DNA from: Trueperaceae bacterium
GTDB lineage: Bacteria; Deinococcota; Deinococci; Deinococcales; Trueperaceae
Length of the DNA stretch: 64,000 nt
Assembly (NCBI GenBank): GCA_965214405.1
Contig: OZ243956.1
Coordinates: forward strand, 1,696,001 to 1,760,000
Direction: 5' to 3'
How positions within the stretch are numbered: position 1 is the first letter of the stretch; every line of letters starts with the position of its first letter. Shown here in pieces: positions 51,934 to 60,562 of the stretch. The notes below the pieces were generated by a model. It was not told the DNA's origin. It did not search any database and saw nothing but the letters and a program-made list of their open reading frames with translations. A program made the translations under genes and the position numbers.

Positions 51934-52863
51934 TCACGTAGATTTCAGAACGCGACCGTCGGCGTACTCGAGCGCCGTCAGCCCCGCGCGTTTGGTGAAG
52001 GCCATCTCGCCCGCGTAGGGTGCGTTAAATGAACCGGAGGTGGGGGCCACATCGTGATAATCGCGCCCGACGGCGACGGTGACGTAACTTAGATCGGGGG
52101 AGCGGTTGTTGGTTGGGTCAAAGGCAAGCGCCACCGTTTTCTCTACAGCCTCCCCTTTTTGATGCAGCAGCACCTCCACCCAGGCGTGTGAGCCGCCCTC
52201 GGCTAGCATATGCCCTGAGACGTAGCGCGCGCCCAAGCCCGCGGCGCGGCACAGGGCGAGCATGATGTGGGCGTAATCTTGACAGAGACCGCGTCCTGTA
52301 GTTAAAGCCTCCGCCGCGTTCGTTTTGACGCCTGTGGACCCGAAGCCGTAGCGCATGGCTTCGTAAACCCAGCGGCTTATACGGGAGGCCAAGTCACGTT
52401 CATCCACCGCCGCCTCTCTAAGCTCTTGCGCCACCTCTCGAATGCGCGCGTCCGCAGTGGTGAGGGGGGTAGGCTCGAGAAAATCCACGCTCAATGAACT
52501 TGAACCGGGCGCGGGCGTGACCGGCGGGTTGGGCTGAACAACCTCGCGCTCGATTTCGCTCACGACCTCGAAAGAAACATCCTTGGGCACGTGAGAGGCG
52601 CGGAACTCGAGCACGCAGTTCCCGAATGGGTCACTCAGCGAATGCACCTCGACCTCCGGCATGACCCGCACGTCGTGACGGCAGAGGAGTTGGTCGCCGT
52701 AGCGGGCGGCGGGCAGCACCACCAGGCGGTGGTGCAGGTCGCGGATGGGGCCGGGGTAGCGGTAGTGAAACCTTTGGTAGACGAGGTAACGCGCCCGCCG
52801 CACCTCGCCCCAGCGCACCGCGCTGTGGTCGAGGAAGGTGAGGGCGGGCGCAAGCGTATTCAC
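51934..52863 (-). CDS. Transglutaminase-family protein
   Basis: GTG at 52863 overlaps the upstream stop; 'GLCQDYAH', 'ARYVSGH', 'SHAWVE', 'FDPTN', 'GRDYHDVAP'. Confidence 0.9.
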   Translation of the reverse strand: MNTLAPALTFLDHSAVRWGEVRRARYLVYQRFHYRYPGPIRDLHHRLVVLPAARYGDQLLCRHDVRVMPEVEVHSLSDPFGNCVLEFRASHVPKDVSFEVVSEIEREVVQPNPPVTPAPGSSSLSVDFLEPTPLTTADARIREVAQELREAAVDERDLASRISRWVYEAMRYGFGSTGVKTNAAEALTTGRGLCQDYAHIMLALCRAAGLGARYVSGHMLAEGGSHAWVEVLLHQKGEAVEKTVALAFDPTNNRSPDLSYVTVAVGRDYHDVAPTSGSFNAPYAGEMAFTKRAGLTALEYADGRVLKST

Positions 52864-53765
52864 CCGCGCACCGTCTCGCTGCTCGTCCGGTTGGGTTCGC
52901 CCTCCACCTTGTCCTGATGAATCTCCGGGAAAGACGGTGGGTGCGGGTCGTCTAAGGTATTGGCCTCGTCCACTTCGTCCGCCCAGACTTCCAAACGCGT
53001 GAGCTTCGTTGTCCCGTAGGACGTCGCAAAAGCGGCGTCCACCGCGTCGCGGCCGTAGGCGATGAGCGCGCGGCCGGTGCGCGGCTCGTTGTGGCGCGCG
53101 TCGAAGGTGCGCCAGTCGCCGTCTAAAAAGGCCTCGAACCAGGCGTGAAAGTCCATTGCAATGGGCGGCGGGGTGATGCCGATGTCGGGCAGATAGCCGC
53201 AGACGTAGCGCGCGGGGATGTTCAGCGCGCGGCAAAAGGCGACGCCAAGGTGCGCGAAGTCGCGGCAGACGCCGCGCTGGTCACGGTAGGCCTCGAAACT
53301 TGATGTGGCCGAGGTGCTGCCCGCCTCGTAGCGGATGTTCTCATGGAGCCAGTCGCAAATCGCCTGCACCTGCGCCCAACCGGGTGAGACGTCGCCAAAC
53401 TTGTCCCAGGCATCCTGAATAAACAAATCCGTCTGACAGTAGCGGCTCGGGAGGGTGTAAATAATGGTGTCGTCGGGCAAGTCTTGCACAAGCGCCTTTT
53501 TGAGCCCCGGCAGCACCGGGTCGGGCTCGGACGGCACCTCGGCGATGGCGTCGTAGACGAGGCGCAGCTTGCCCGCAGGGGCATTCAGACGCCAGACGCG
53601 GTTGCCGAAGCTGTCAATATACTCGCGCAGCGGGATGTCGGGCTCGACAAAACGCCGCTCGGTGATGAGGTTATGGTAACGCCCCTCGCGGAGTCCCACA
53701 ATGGTCATGATAGGCGCTCCGTAGGGCACCTCGTAGTGAAGTTCGCAACCAACTCGTACGCGCAT
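52860..53765 (-). CDS. Transglutaminase-family protein (DFHAW subtype)
   Basis: 'PSRYCQTD', 'GVCRDFAHL', 'PARYVCGY', 'MDFHAWFE', 'FDARHN', 'GRDAVD'. Confidence 0.92.
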   Translation of the reverse strand: MRVRVGCELHYEVPYGAPIMTIVGLREGRYHNLITERRFVEPDIPLREYIDSFGNRVWRLNAPAGKLRLVYDAIAEVPSEPDPVLPGLKKALVQDLPDDTIIYTLPSRYCQTDLFIQDAWDKFGDVSPGWAQVQAICDWLHENIRYEAGSTSATSSFEAYRDQRGVCRDFAHLGVAFCRALNIPARYVCGYLPDIGITPPPIAMDFHAWFEAFLDGDWRTFDARHNEPRTGRALIAYGRDAVDAAFATSYGTTKLTRLEVWADEVDEANTLDDPHPPSFPEIHQDKVEGEPNRTSSETVRG

Positions 53766-53773
53766 GGTTCCCC

Positions 53774-54874
53774 CTAAATCTGCGTTTGTTCTTGAAATTG
53801 ATGTGACGACTCGCTCGAGCCCGACTGACTTTGGTTCTGTGACTGTGACTGATTACCAGGAGATGTTTGACTCTGTGACTGACTTTGTGATTGACCCGGC
53901 GATTGGGTTCTGATGGGCGCTTTTTCAAAGTAGGCCGCGCTGATTGCGCCCGAGAGCGTCGCCAGTTCGCCTAAGAGGTCTTCTAAACTCGGCTTCTCCT
54001 TGTCGATAATCTGCGCCGCGTCGGGCATGAACTCGAGCTGCGCCGCGAGCCAACCCGCCTGTCGCCTCGGCTCCATCCCCGTGCCGGGGTTGAGCGCGGC
54101 GATGTTCTCTAACGTTTCAAAAAGCATCTGAACGCTAAACCTTAATGAGCGCGGGAAGTCAGCGTCGAGGAGCAAAAACGAGGCGATGAGGCCGGGCTCC
54201 AAGGCGCTGTGATAGCACTTGCGAAACGCCTCGTAAGCGCTTACCGAACGGAGCAGGGCCATCCCCCGGTGCGTTTCGATGCCGCGCACCACCGGCTCTT
54301 GCCCGCGGTACTGGCGGTAGCGCACCATGAGGATGCGCAGCACGTTGTCCGCGCGCTCGATGTACTGGCCCGCCGTCAGGAAGTACCAGCCCAAGCTCCG
54401 GGGCAGCGTCGCGGAAGCGATGCCGAAAAAGAGGTGCGACGCCTCGCGCGCGCTCACGCAGTAGTCGTGAAGCGTGCCGTCGCCAAACGACGTTTCGTGA
54501 CCGTCGCAGAGCGTCAGATAAGCGCGGTTGACCGACTCCCACATCTCCACCGAGATGCGGTCGCGCAGCGTGCGGGCGTTGTCGCGGGCGCGTTGGAGGC
54601 TCGAGCGGATGCTGCTCGGGTTGTCGGGATGAACCGCCAGCCATTCGGGGACGCTCGAGGCGTCCGCCCGCTCATAGTGGCGGCGAAAGCCCTCCTCGTC
54701 CCCGGTGATGCTTAGGAGGGGTGCCCACTGCTCGGAAACGAGCGCCCGCGCCCCCGGCACCAGCGGCGCTTCGATGAGCGCGTGATAGTTCACATCCAAA
54801 AGCCGCGCGGTATTTTCCGCGCGCTCGACGTAGCGGCCCATCCAGTAGAGGTTTTCGGCCAAACGGCTCAGCAT
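53774..54874 (-). CDS. Alpha-E domain protein (DUF403) with a Ser/Gln-rich C-terminal tail
   Basis: 'MLSRLAENLYWMGRYVERAENTAR', second ER motif 'GQYIERAD', 'FPRS'; tail QSQSQSQSQTSPGNQSQSQNQSQS. Confidence 0.92.
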   Translation of the reverse strand: MLSRLAENLYWMGRYVERAENTARLLDVNYHALIEAPLVPGARALVSEQWAPLLSITGDEEGFRRHYERADASSVPEWLAVHPDNPSSIRSSLQRARDNARTLRDRISVEMWESVNRAYLTLCDGHETSFGDGTLHDYCVSAREASHLFFGIASATLPRSLGWYFLTAGQYIERADNVLRILMVRYRQYRGQEPVVRGIETHRGMALLRSVSAYEAFRKCYHSALEPGLIASFLLLDADFPRSLRFSVQMLFETLENIAALNPGTGMEPRRQAGWLAAQLEFMPDAAQIIDKEKPSLEDLLGELATLSGAISAAYFEKAPIRTQSPGQSQSQSQSQTSPGNQSQSQNQSQSGSSESSHQFQEQTQI

Positions 54875-56331
54875 CAGTCCACGTCGCTCTCGTCGGCCAA
54901 GACCCAAGTGTCCTTCGAGCCGCCCCCCTGCGACGAGTTGACCACCAGCGAGCCGCGTTTCAAAGCCACCCTTGTTAAGCCGCCCGGCACGAGCGTGATG
55001 TCTTCGCCTACCAAAAGGTAAGGCCGCAGGTCAATATGGCAGGGCTCGAAGCGGCCCGTGTCGGGGTAGTAGGTCGGGTGGCGCGAAATCTTGACGACGG
55101 GCTGGGCGATGTAATTCGCTGGGTTCGCTCTTACCTTGGTCAAAAAGGCGGCGATGGTCTCGTCGTCCGCCTCGGGGCCGATGAGCATTCCGTAGCCGCC
55201 CGCGGAGCCGACCTCTTTGATGACGAGGGAGGGGGCGTGCTCGAGCATCATCTCCAAGCCCTCAGGCACCGAACCCAGATAAGTAGGCACGTTGGGCAAA
55301 ATCGGGTCCTCATTCAAATAGTACCGAATCATCTCGGGCACGAACGCGTAGACCGCCTTGTCGTCCGCCACCCCCGTGCCGATGGCGTTGGCGAGCGCCA
55401 CGCGCCCCGCGCGGTAGACCTCGACGAGGCCCGGCACCCCCAGCGACGAATCTTTGCGAAACACCTGCGGGTCCAAAAAGTCATCGTCGATGCGGCGGTA
55501 AATCACGTCCACCTGCTGCCGCCCCCGTGTGGTGCGCATCCAGACGCGCCCGTCGTCCACGTAGAGGTCGCGGCCCTCGACGAGTTCAACCCCCATCTGC
55601 TGCGCCAAAAAGGCGTGCTCAAAGTAAGCGCTGTTGTAGGGGCCGGGCGTTAAGACGACGATGGTGGGGCTCTTATCGCGCGGCGAGAGACTGCGTAAAC
55701 ATTCCAGTAATGCTGTGCTGTAGTGCCGGATGGGCCTCACGCGCCCCCTCGCCATGAGCTGCGGGAAAGAGAGCGTCATCGCGTTGCGGTTGGCGAGCAT
55801 GTACGACACGCCGCTCGGCACGCGCAGGTTGTCCTCCAGCACGCGGTAGCCCGTCTCGTCGCGCACCAGGTCACAGCCGACGACGTGGGTGTACGCGCCG
55901 TGGGGCGGGTCCACGCCGCGCATCACGTGGCGGTAGTTCGGGTTGTCGTGAACCAGACGCGCGGGCACGACGCCGTCTTTGAGAATGTTCTCGTCGTGAT
56001 ACACGTCGTACAAAAATAGGTTGAGGGCTTTCACGCGCTGTTTGAGGCCCCGCTCCAAGTGCCGCCACTCGTCCGCCGGAATCACCCTCGGAAAGGGGTC
56101 GAAGGGGAAGGTGCGCTCGGTACCCTTTTCATCGCCATAAACCGTAAAAGTAATGCCCTGATTGCGAAAGGTCAGGTCGATGAGCGAGCGCCGCCGCCCG
56201 AACTCGGTCTCGCCGTAGCCGCCGAAGCCCCCGATGACGTCTTGGTAGTGGGGTCGGCACGTTTTGCCACCCTCGAGCGTTTCCTCAAAGGTTTCGTCCC
56301 AAAAGGTGTCCAGGGGATAGCCGTCAAACAT
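54874..56331 (-). CDS. Circularly permuted type 2 ATP-grasp protein (DUF404)
   Basis: 'GITFTVYG', 'LEDNLRVPSGVSY', 'NSAYFEH', 'YRRIDDDFLDP', 'DLRPY', 'VVNSSQGGGSKDTWV'. Confidence 0.93.
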   Translation of the reverse strand: MFDGYPLDTFWDETFEETLEGGKTCRPHYQDVIGGFGGYGETEFGRRRSLIDLTFRNQGITFTVYGDEKGTERTFPFDPFPRVIPADEWRHLERGLKQRVKALNLFLYDVYHDENILKDGVVPARLVHDNPNYRHVMRGVDPPHGAYTHVVGCDLVRDETGYRVLEDNLRVPSGVSYMLANRNAMTLSFPQLMARGRVRPIRHYSTALLECLRSLSPRDKSPTIVVLTPGPYNSAYFEHAFLAQQMGVELVEGRDLYVDDGRVWMRTTRGRQQVDVIYRRIDDDFLDPQVFRKDSSLGVPGLVEVYRAGRVALANAIGTGVADDKAVYAFVPEMIRYYLNEDPILPNVPTYLGSVPEGLEMMLEHAPSLVIKEVGSAGGYGMLIGPEADDETIAAFLTKVRANPANYIAQPVVKISRHPTYYPDTGRFEPCHIDLRPYLLVGEDITLVPGGLTRVALKRGSLVVNSSQGGGSKDTWVLADESDVD

Positions 56332-56495
56332 CGGGGTGCTTTCTAAGGGGGCGCGTGAAACCGTGCATGGGGGAGTTTATCACGAGGCGGTTGTCTAGCC
56401 AGGGGGTGAAACGCGCATCGGTGTAAGGCGTGGGGTGCGCAGGAGGCGGGCTCGAGCCTAACACCTTCACCTCCGCCTCACATCCCACTCGAAAA

Positions 56496-58037
56496 CTACA
56501 GGTAGCGCACCGCCCAACTTCCGGCATTCGCAAGCGCATAAACGATGAGCGCGACGCTGAGCCCGCCCGCAACCCAGTCGATTCTCTTAGAAGTTGGCAG
56601 CCCCTGCCGCACAAACCCCCACAGCAGCCCGCCCACAAGCCCGCCCGCGTGCGCCCAGAGCGACACCCCCGGCAGGAGCGAAAAGAGCGCGATGAGGACG
56701 ATCCACTGCAACAGCGCGCGGGTAAGAAGGCGGTCCTGGGCGTTAGGACTGCGCAGCGTATCCGCCAGCAGCGCCCCGGCCACGCCCAGCACGCCCCCCG
56801 ACGCGCCCACCAACGGCACCCCGCCCGCTGTGGCGATGGTCGTAAAGTAAGCGCCCAAAACCGTCCCCACGACAAATGCGGCGAGCAGGTTTCCCCAATC
56901 GCGCCGCGCCTCGTAAAGCCGCCCGATGTCGAAGAGCACCCAGAGGTTAAAGCCGATGTGGACCAAGTTGCCGTGGACAAAGCCGTAGGAGAGAAAGCGC
57001 CAGGGCGCGTTCGCCTCTGGGATTTGCGGCAGATTGTGAAGAAAGGCGCCGGTGAGCGTCCCACCGCTCCCGCTGTAGCGTCCATCGAGCCAAAGCTGAG
57101 CGCCGTAACAAAGCGCGATGACCGCCATGAGCGCGAACGTCGCCACGCTCCACGACCTCTCGCGGGCGAGGGTCGGGAGAGGCTGACCGTAGTGCGTGAG
57201 CTTTTCTGCCAGGCTTGCCCGCTGACCCTCGGGGGCGACGCGGTAAGCCTGGGCGTAAAGTTTGGCGGCAGCCTCGAGCCGACCCGACCGCTCCGCCGCT
57301 CCGGCGAGGATACTGAGCACCGTGTAGGGCGGCACCCCCGGCAGCGGCTCCTGTAAAAGCATACGCGTTCCTTCAAAGTCTCCCCTGGCGGCAGCCAAAC
57401 GCGCCTTGGTGAGGGTGACGGCGCGGTAACCCAGCGGACCCTGCCCCTGCCTCTCCCAACGCTGCTCCATCACGCTGAGTTCGTGCTCGGCTAGGTTTGT
57501 TTCGCCAAGTTCCGTATACGCTTGCGCCCGCGCGGCGTGAGCCAAGAACGCGTTGTCGCCCGTTTCAGGCGGCGTGAGTTCCAACAGGTCGTGCCAGCGC
57601 CCCTGCTGCGCGTAGGCTTGAGCGCGCAACAGGTCGCTCTCCGCGCGTTCGGGCAGGAGCGTAAGCGCCGCCTCGGCGTCGCCGCGTTGGAGCGCGACCT
57701 GCGCGAGAAGCCGCCTTACGGCCTCGCGGCCTCCCGGTGTCCAATAGAGCGCGTTGGCTAACGCAAACGCCCCGTCATAACGCCGCGCCCTGGCGAGCGC
57801 AATCAGCGCGAGCGGCCCAAAGATATAGAGCGGGACGAGCACGAGCGCAACGGTTACGAGCGCTTCAGGCAGGGCGAACGCGGCAAAAAATGCCCCCGCC
57901 ACGAGCGCGCCGAGCGCGGTGGCGCCCACCGTCTTGAGGGGCAATTCGCTTCCTAGAGGTGCTAGGCGCAACGTCCAGCGGCTCGCGTAAACGCCGGAGA
58001 GCGCGACCACGAGAAGAAAAAGGATCGTCTGGGGCAT
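56496..58037 (-). CDS. Rhomboid intramembrane serine protease with N-terminal TM and TPR-like region
   Basis: 'WRFLSYGFVHG..HIGFN', 'GASG', 'AHAGG'; TAGGCT box 6 nt before the ATG. Confidence 0.88.
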   Translation of the reverse strand: MPQTILFLLVVALSGVYASRWTLRLAPLGSELPLKTVGATALGALVAGAFFAAFALPEALVTVALVLVPLYIFGPLALIALARARRYDGAFALANALYWTPGGREAVRRLLAQVALQRGDAEAALTLLPERAESDLLRAQAYAQQGRWHDLLELTPPETGDNAFLAHAARAQAYTELGETNLAEHELSVMEQRWERQGQGPLGYRAVTLTKARLAAARGDFEGTRMLLQEPLPGVPPYTVLSILAGAAERSGRLEAAAKLYAQAYRVAPEGQRASLAEKLTHYGQPLPTLARERSWSVATFALMAVIALCYGAQLWLDGRYSGSGGTLTGAFLHNLPQIPEANAPWRFLSYGFVHGNLVHIGFNLWVLFDIGRLYEARRDWGNLLAAFVVGTVLGAYFTTIATAGGVPLVGASGGVLGVAGALLADTLRSPNAQDRLLTRALLQWIVLIALFSLLPGVSLWAHAGGLVGGLLWGFVRQGLPTSKRIDWVAGGLSVALIVYALANAGSWAVRYL

Positions 58038-58165
58038 GTCTAAAGCCTAACGCGAAAAGGGTTGCGTAAAGGACTTTTGGCTTTCTTATCATTCGGGCGC
58101 GGCGCGATTGGGTACAATCAGGGCGTGCGTCTCCTTAGTAGGAGAGAAACGGAGTGGACAAGGCC

Positions 58166-58900
58166 ATGAGCGAACTTCTCTTCGCGCTCTGCTTGGTGAT
58201 TGGTTACTTTTTAGGAACCGTGCCGACGGGGTATCTCGTTGCCAGGGCGCGCGGTGTAGACATTCAGAAGATAGGCTCGGGCAACATCGGCGCGACCAAC
58301 GTGCTCCGCTCCGTCGGCACGCTGCCCGCGCTTATCGTGGTGGTCGCCGACCCGCTAAAGGGCGCACTGGCGGTTTCACTCCCCATCGCGCTTGGGGTGA
58401 GTTCATGGGGCGTGGCCTTGGTGGGTCTGGCGACGGTTTTGGGCAACAACTTCAACATTTTTTTGCACCTCAAGGGCGGCAAGGGCATCGCCACGAGCAT
58501 GGGCGTTTTTCTGGTTCTCGCCCCCGCCGCCACGCTCGCGGCGGTTGCCATCGGGCTTTTTACGATGATTGTGGGCCGCTACGTGTCGCTGGGCTCGCTT
58601 GTCGGCATGGTCAGCGCGCCGCTTTTTCTCATCTCGGGCTCGTGGAGCCCCGCGTCGCTCTTTTTGGCGGTGGCGATGGCGCTCCTCGCGCTCTTTAGGC
58701 ACCGCCAGAACCTCGTCCGGCTGGCGCAGGGGACCGAGCGGCGGCTGGGCGAAAAAGCCGCCGCCAAGACTCTCACCGTCCCGCCCGCTGTTGGCGGGCC
58801 GCATCCTCACGCGTCACGTCCTGATGTAAAGGCTGATGTAAAGGCGTACGCTGAGCCCGGCGGCGCGCCCGATTTAGAGGGCGTCAAGCGCAATGACTAA
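58166..58900 (+). CDS. plsY: Glycerol-3-phosphate acyltransferase PlsY
   Basis: 'GSGNIGATNVLR', 'DPLKG', 'KGGKGIAT', 'HRQNLVRL..GTE'. Confidence 0.93.
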   Translation: MSELLFALCLVIGYFLGTVPTGYLVARARGVDIQKIGSGNIGATNVLRSVGTLPALIVVVADPLKGALAVSLPIALGVSSWGVALVGLATVLGNNFNIFLHLKGGKGIATSMGVFLVLAPAATLAAVAIGLFTMIVGRYVSLGSLVGMVSAPLFLISGSWSPASLFLAVAMALLALFRHRQNLVRLAQGTERRLGEKAAAKTLTVPPAVGGPHPHASRPDVKADVKAYAEPGGAPDLEGVKRND

Positions 58901-59612
58901 CACTGCGACTAACGCGCCCGGCTTCTCGAGCGGTTTCCTCATAGATTTTCTCGTGGTGAGCCCCCACCCCGACGACGCCGAGTTGGGCATGGGCGGCACG
59001 CTGGCGCGCGCCAAAGCCGAAGGAAAAAGTACCGGCATCATCGACTTGACCCGCGGCGAGGCCGCGACCAAGGGCACGCCCGAGGAGCGCGCGCGCGAGA
59101 CGGTGGCCGCGTCAAAGGTGCTCGGGCTCGACGTTCGCAAAAATTTGGGCTGGCCCGACTCACGCATCATGGACTCCGAGGACCGACGGCTGCAACTCGC
59201 CCGCACGCTGCGCGAACTCAGGCCCCGCGTGGTGGTCGCGCCCCACGGCAACGACCGCCACCCCGACCACGTGGCGAGCGCCGCGATTGTGCCCGCCGCG
59301 GTTCATTTGGCCGGACTCAAAAACAGCCCGCTCTCGGGTGAGCCCTTCAAGCCGCTCAACCTCTTCTTTTATATGGGCAATGGTCCCTTTGAGGCTACGC
59401 TGGTCGTCGATACGAGCGCCACTATCGAAGTCTGGGAGGCGGCGGTGCGCTGCTACAAAAGCCAGTTCACGGGCGAGGCCGCCTCTGAAACCGTCACGCC
59501 CGACGTGTACCGCCGCCGTCGGGGGCGCGCGGCCTACTGGGGCACGTTTGTTGGGGCCGAATATGGCGAGCCTTTGTGGACGCCGCGGCCTGTGGCGTAC
59601 GCGCCTTTCTGA
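58893..59612 (+). CDS. bshB1: Bacillithiol biosynthesis deacetylase BshB1 (PIG-L family)
   Basis: 'PHPDDAELGMGG', 'DLTRGE...GTPEER', 'DRHPDH', 'YKSQF'. Confidence 0.82.
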   Translation: MTNTATNAPGFSSGFLIDFLVVSPHPDDAELGMGGTLARAKAEGKSTGIIDLTRGEAATKGTPEERARETVAASKVLGLDVRKNLGWPDSRIMDSEDRRLQLARTLRELRPRVVVAPHGNDRHPDHVASAAIVPAAVHLAGLKNSPLSGEPFKPLNLFFYMGNGPFEATLVVDTSATIEVWEAAVRCYKSQFTGEAASETVTPDVYRRRRGRAAYWGTFVGAEYGEPLWTPRPVAYAPF

Positions 59613-59683
59613 CCCCCTTGACCAGCAACTGCGGCAAGCGGGTTTATGGCAGACACCCTCTAATTTGAGTGAGGAGGTGAAAA

Positions 59684-59938
59684 GTGGCGAGTCGCAACAT
59701 CACACGGTCATTCACCCTGTCACTCCCCGAGGAGACGCTGCAAGAAATCAAGCTTATCGCGGTCAAGCGCAACACCTCGGTGTCCGCGCTGCTTGGTGGG
59801 CTACTCGAGGACCTGGTCGCCAAAGAGACCCGGTACCACCAGGCGCAACAAGAGTTTATGGCGTTAGCAGAAGAGGGTTGCGACCTGGGTACGGACGGCA
59901 AAGTTTTCTGGTCTCGGGATGAACTTCATGAGCGCTAA
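59684..59938 (+). CDS. Ribbon-helix-helix antitoxin-like protein (VapB/CopG type)
   Basis: 'FTLSLPEETLQEIKLIAVKRNTSVSALL' RHH; C-terminal 'WSRDELHER' typical of antitoxins that precede PIN toxins; GAGGAGGTG RBS. Confidence 0.8.
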   Translation: MASRNITRSFTLSLPEETLQEIKLIAVKRNTSVSALLGGLLEDLVAKETRYHQAQQEFMALAEEGCDLGTDGKVFWSRDELHER

Positions 59939-60554
59939 CCCTCAATGGCTCGAGTGGGCGCGCCGCCTCCAGGCTCTCGCGCAGAGCGGCCTGCACTTCA
60001 CCAAAGATCCCTTTGACAGAGAACGTTATGAGGAAATCCGCGCGCTCGCCGCGGAGATGATGGCTTCACGCTCGGACGCCAGCGAAGACTTCATCCGCGA
60101 CCTCTTCGCTCAACAAACAGGTTACGCGACGCCCAAGGTGGACGTGCGCGGGGCGGTCTTTCAAGACGACAAGCTTTTGCTCGTGCGCGAGCGGAGTGAC
60201 GGGCGCTGGACGCTGCCCGGTGGTTGGGCGGACGTGAATGAGCCGCCGAGCCTCGCCATTGAACGCGAGATTTTGGAGGAGTTGGGTTACAGCACGCGCG
60301 CAATAAAGCTGTGCATGGTTCTCGACCGTGCCCTTCAGGGTCATGAACCGCCCCGGCCTTTTCACGTCTACAAACTCTTTTTCCATTGCGATATTCTGAG
60401 CCACAAAAAAGCGGAAAATATCGAAACGGACGTGGTGGCTTTTTTTGCCAAGGACGCGCTGCCGGAACTTTCGCTCGAGCGCGTGACCCCTAGAGAAATC
60501 CACAGACTGTTCGAGCATCACCGCCACCCGGACCTGCCTACTGACTTTGACTGA
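59928..60554 (+). CDS. NUDIX hydrolase with N-terminal domain (YjhB-like ADP-ribose pyrophosphatase type)
   Basis: 'WLEWARRLQALAQSGL', 'GYATPKVDVRG', Nudix box 'PGGWADVNE.......REILEELG', C-terminal 'TDFD'. Confidence 0.9.
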   Translation: MSANPQWLEWARRLQALAQSGLHFTKDPFDRERYEEIRALAAEMMASRSDASEDFIRDLFAQQTGYATPKVDVRGAVFQDDKLLLVRERSDGRWTLPGGWADVNEPPSLAIEREILEELGYSTRAIKLCMVLDRALQGHEPPRPFHVYKLFFHCDILSHKKAENIETDVVAFFAKDALPELSLERVTPREIHRLFEHHRHPDLPTDFD

Positions 60555-60562
60555 CTCAATCT

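Noticed and set aside
51934..53235. 433-aa ORF suggesting an extended or fused transglutaminase
   Set aside because: The N-terminal extension is an off-frame read of the upstream gene; the real start is the GTG at 52863 overlapping the upstream stop.
56351..56420. GTGAAAC direct repeats and a sigma54-like site upstream of the ATP-grasp operon
   Set aside because: Too short to be significant, and the -12 element does not match TTGC.
56324..57376. Long alternative ORFs (350 aa minus, 308 aa plus) overlapping the rhomboid gene; likewise 24487-25548, 39896-40771 and 41783-42613
   Set aside because: Arg/Pro/Ala-rich shadow frames of well-supported genes, expected in high-GC DNA.
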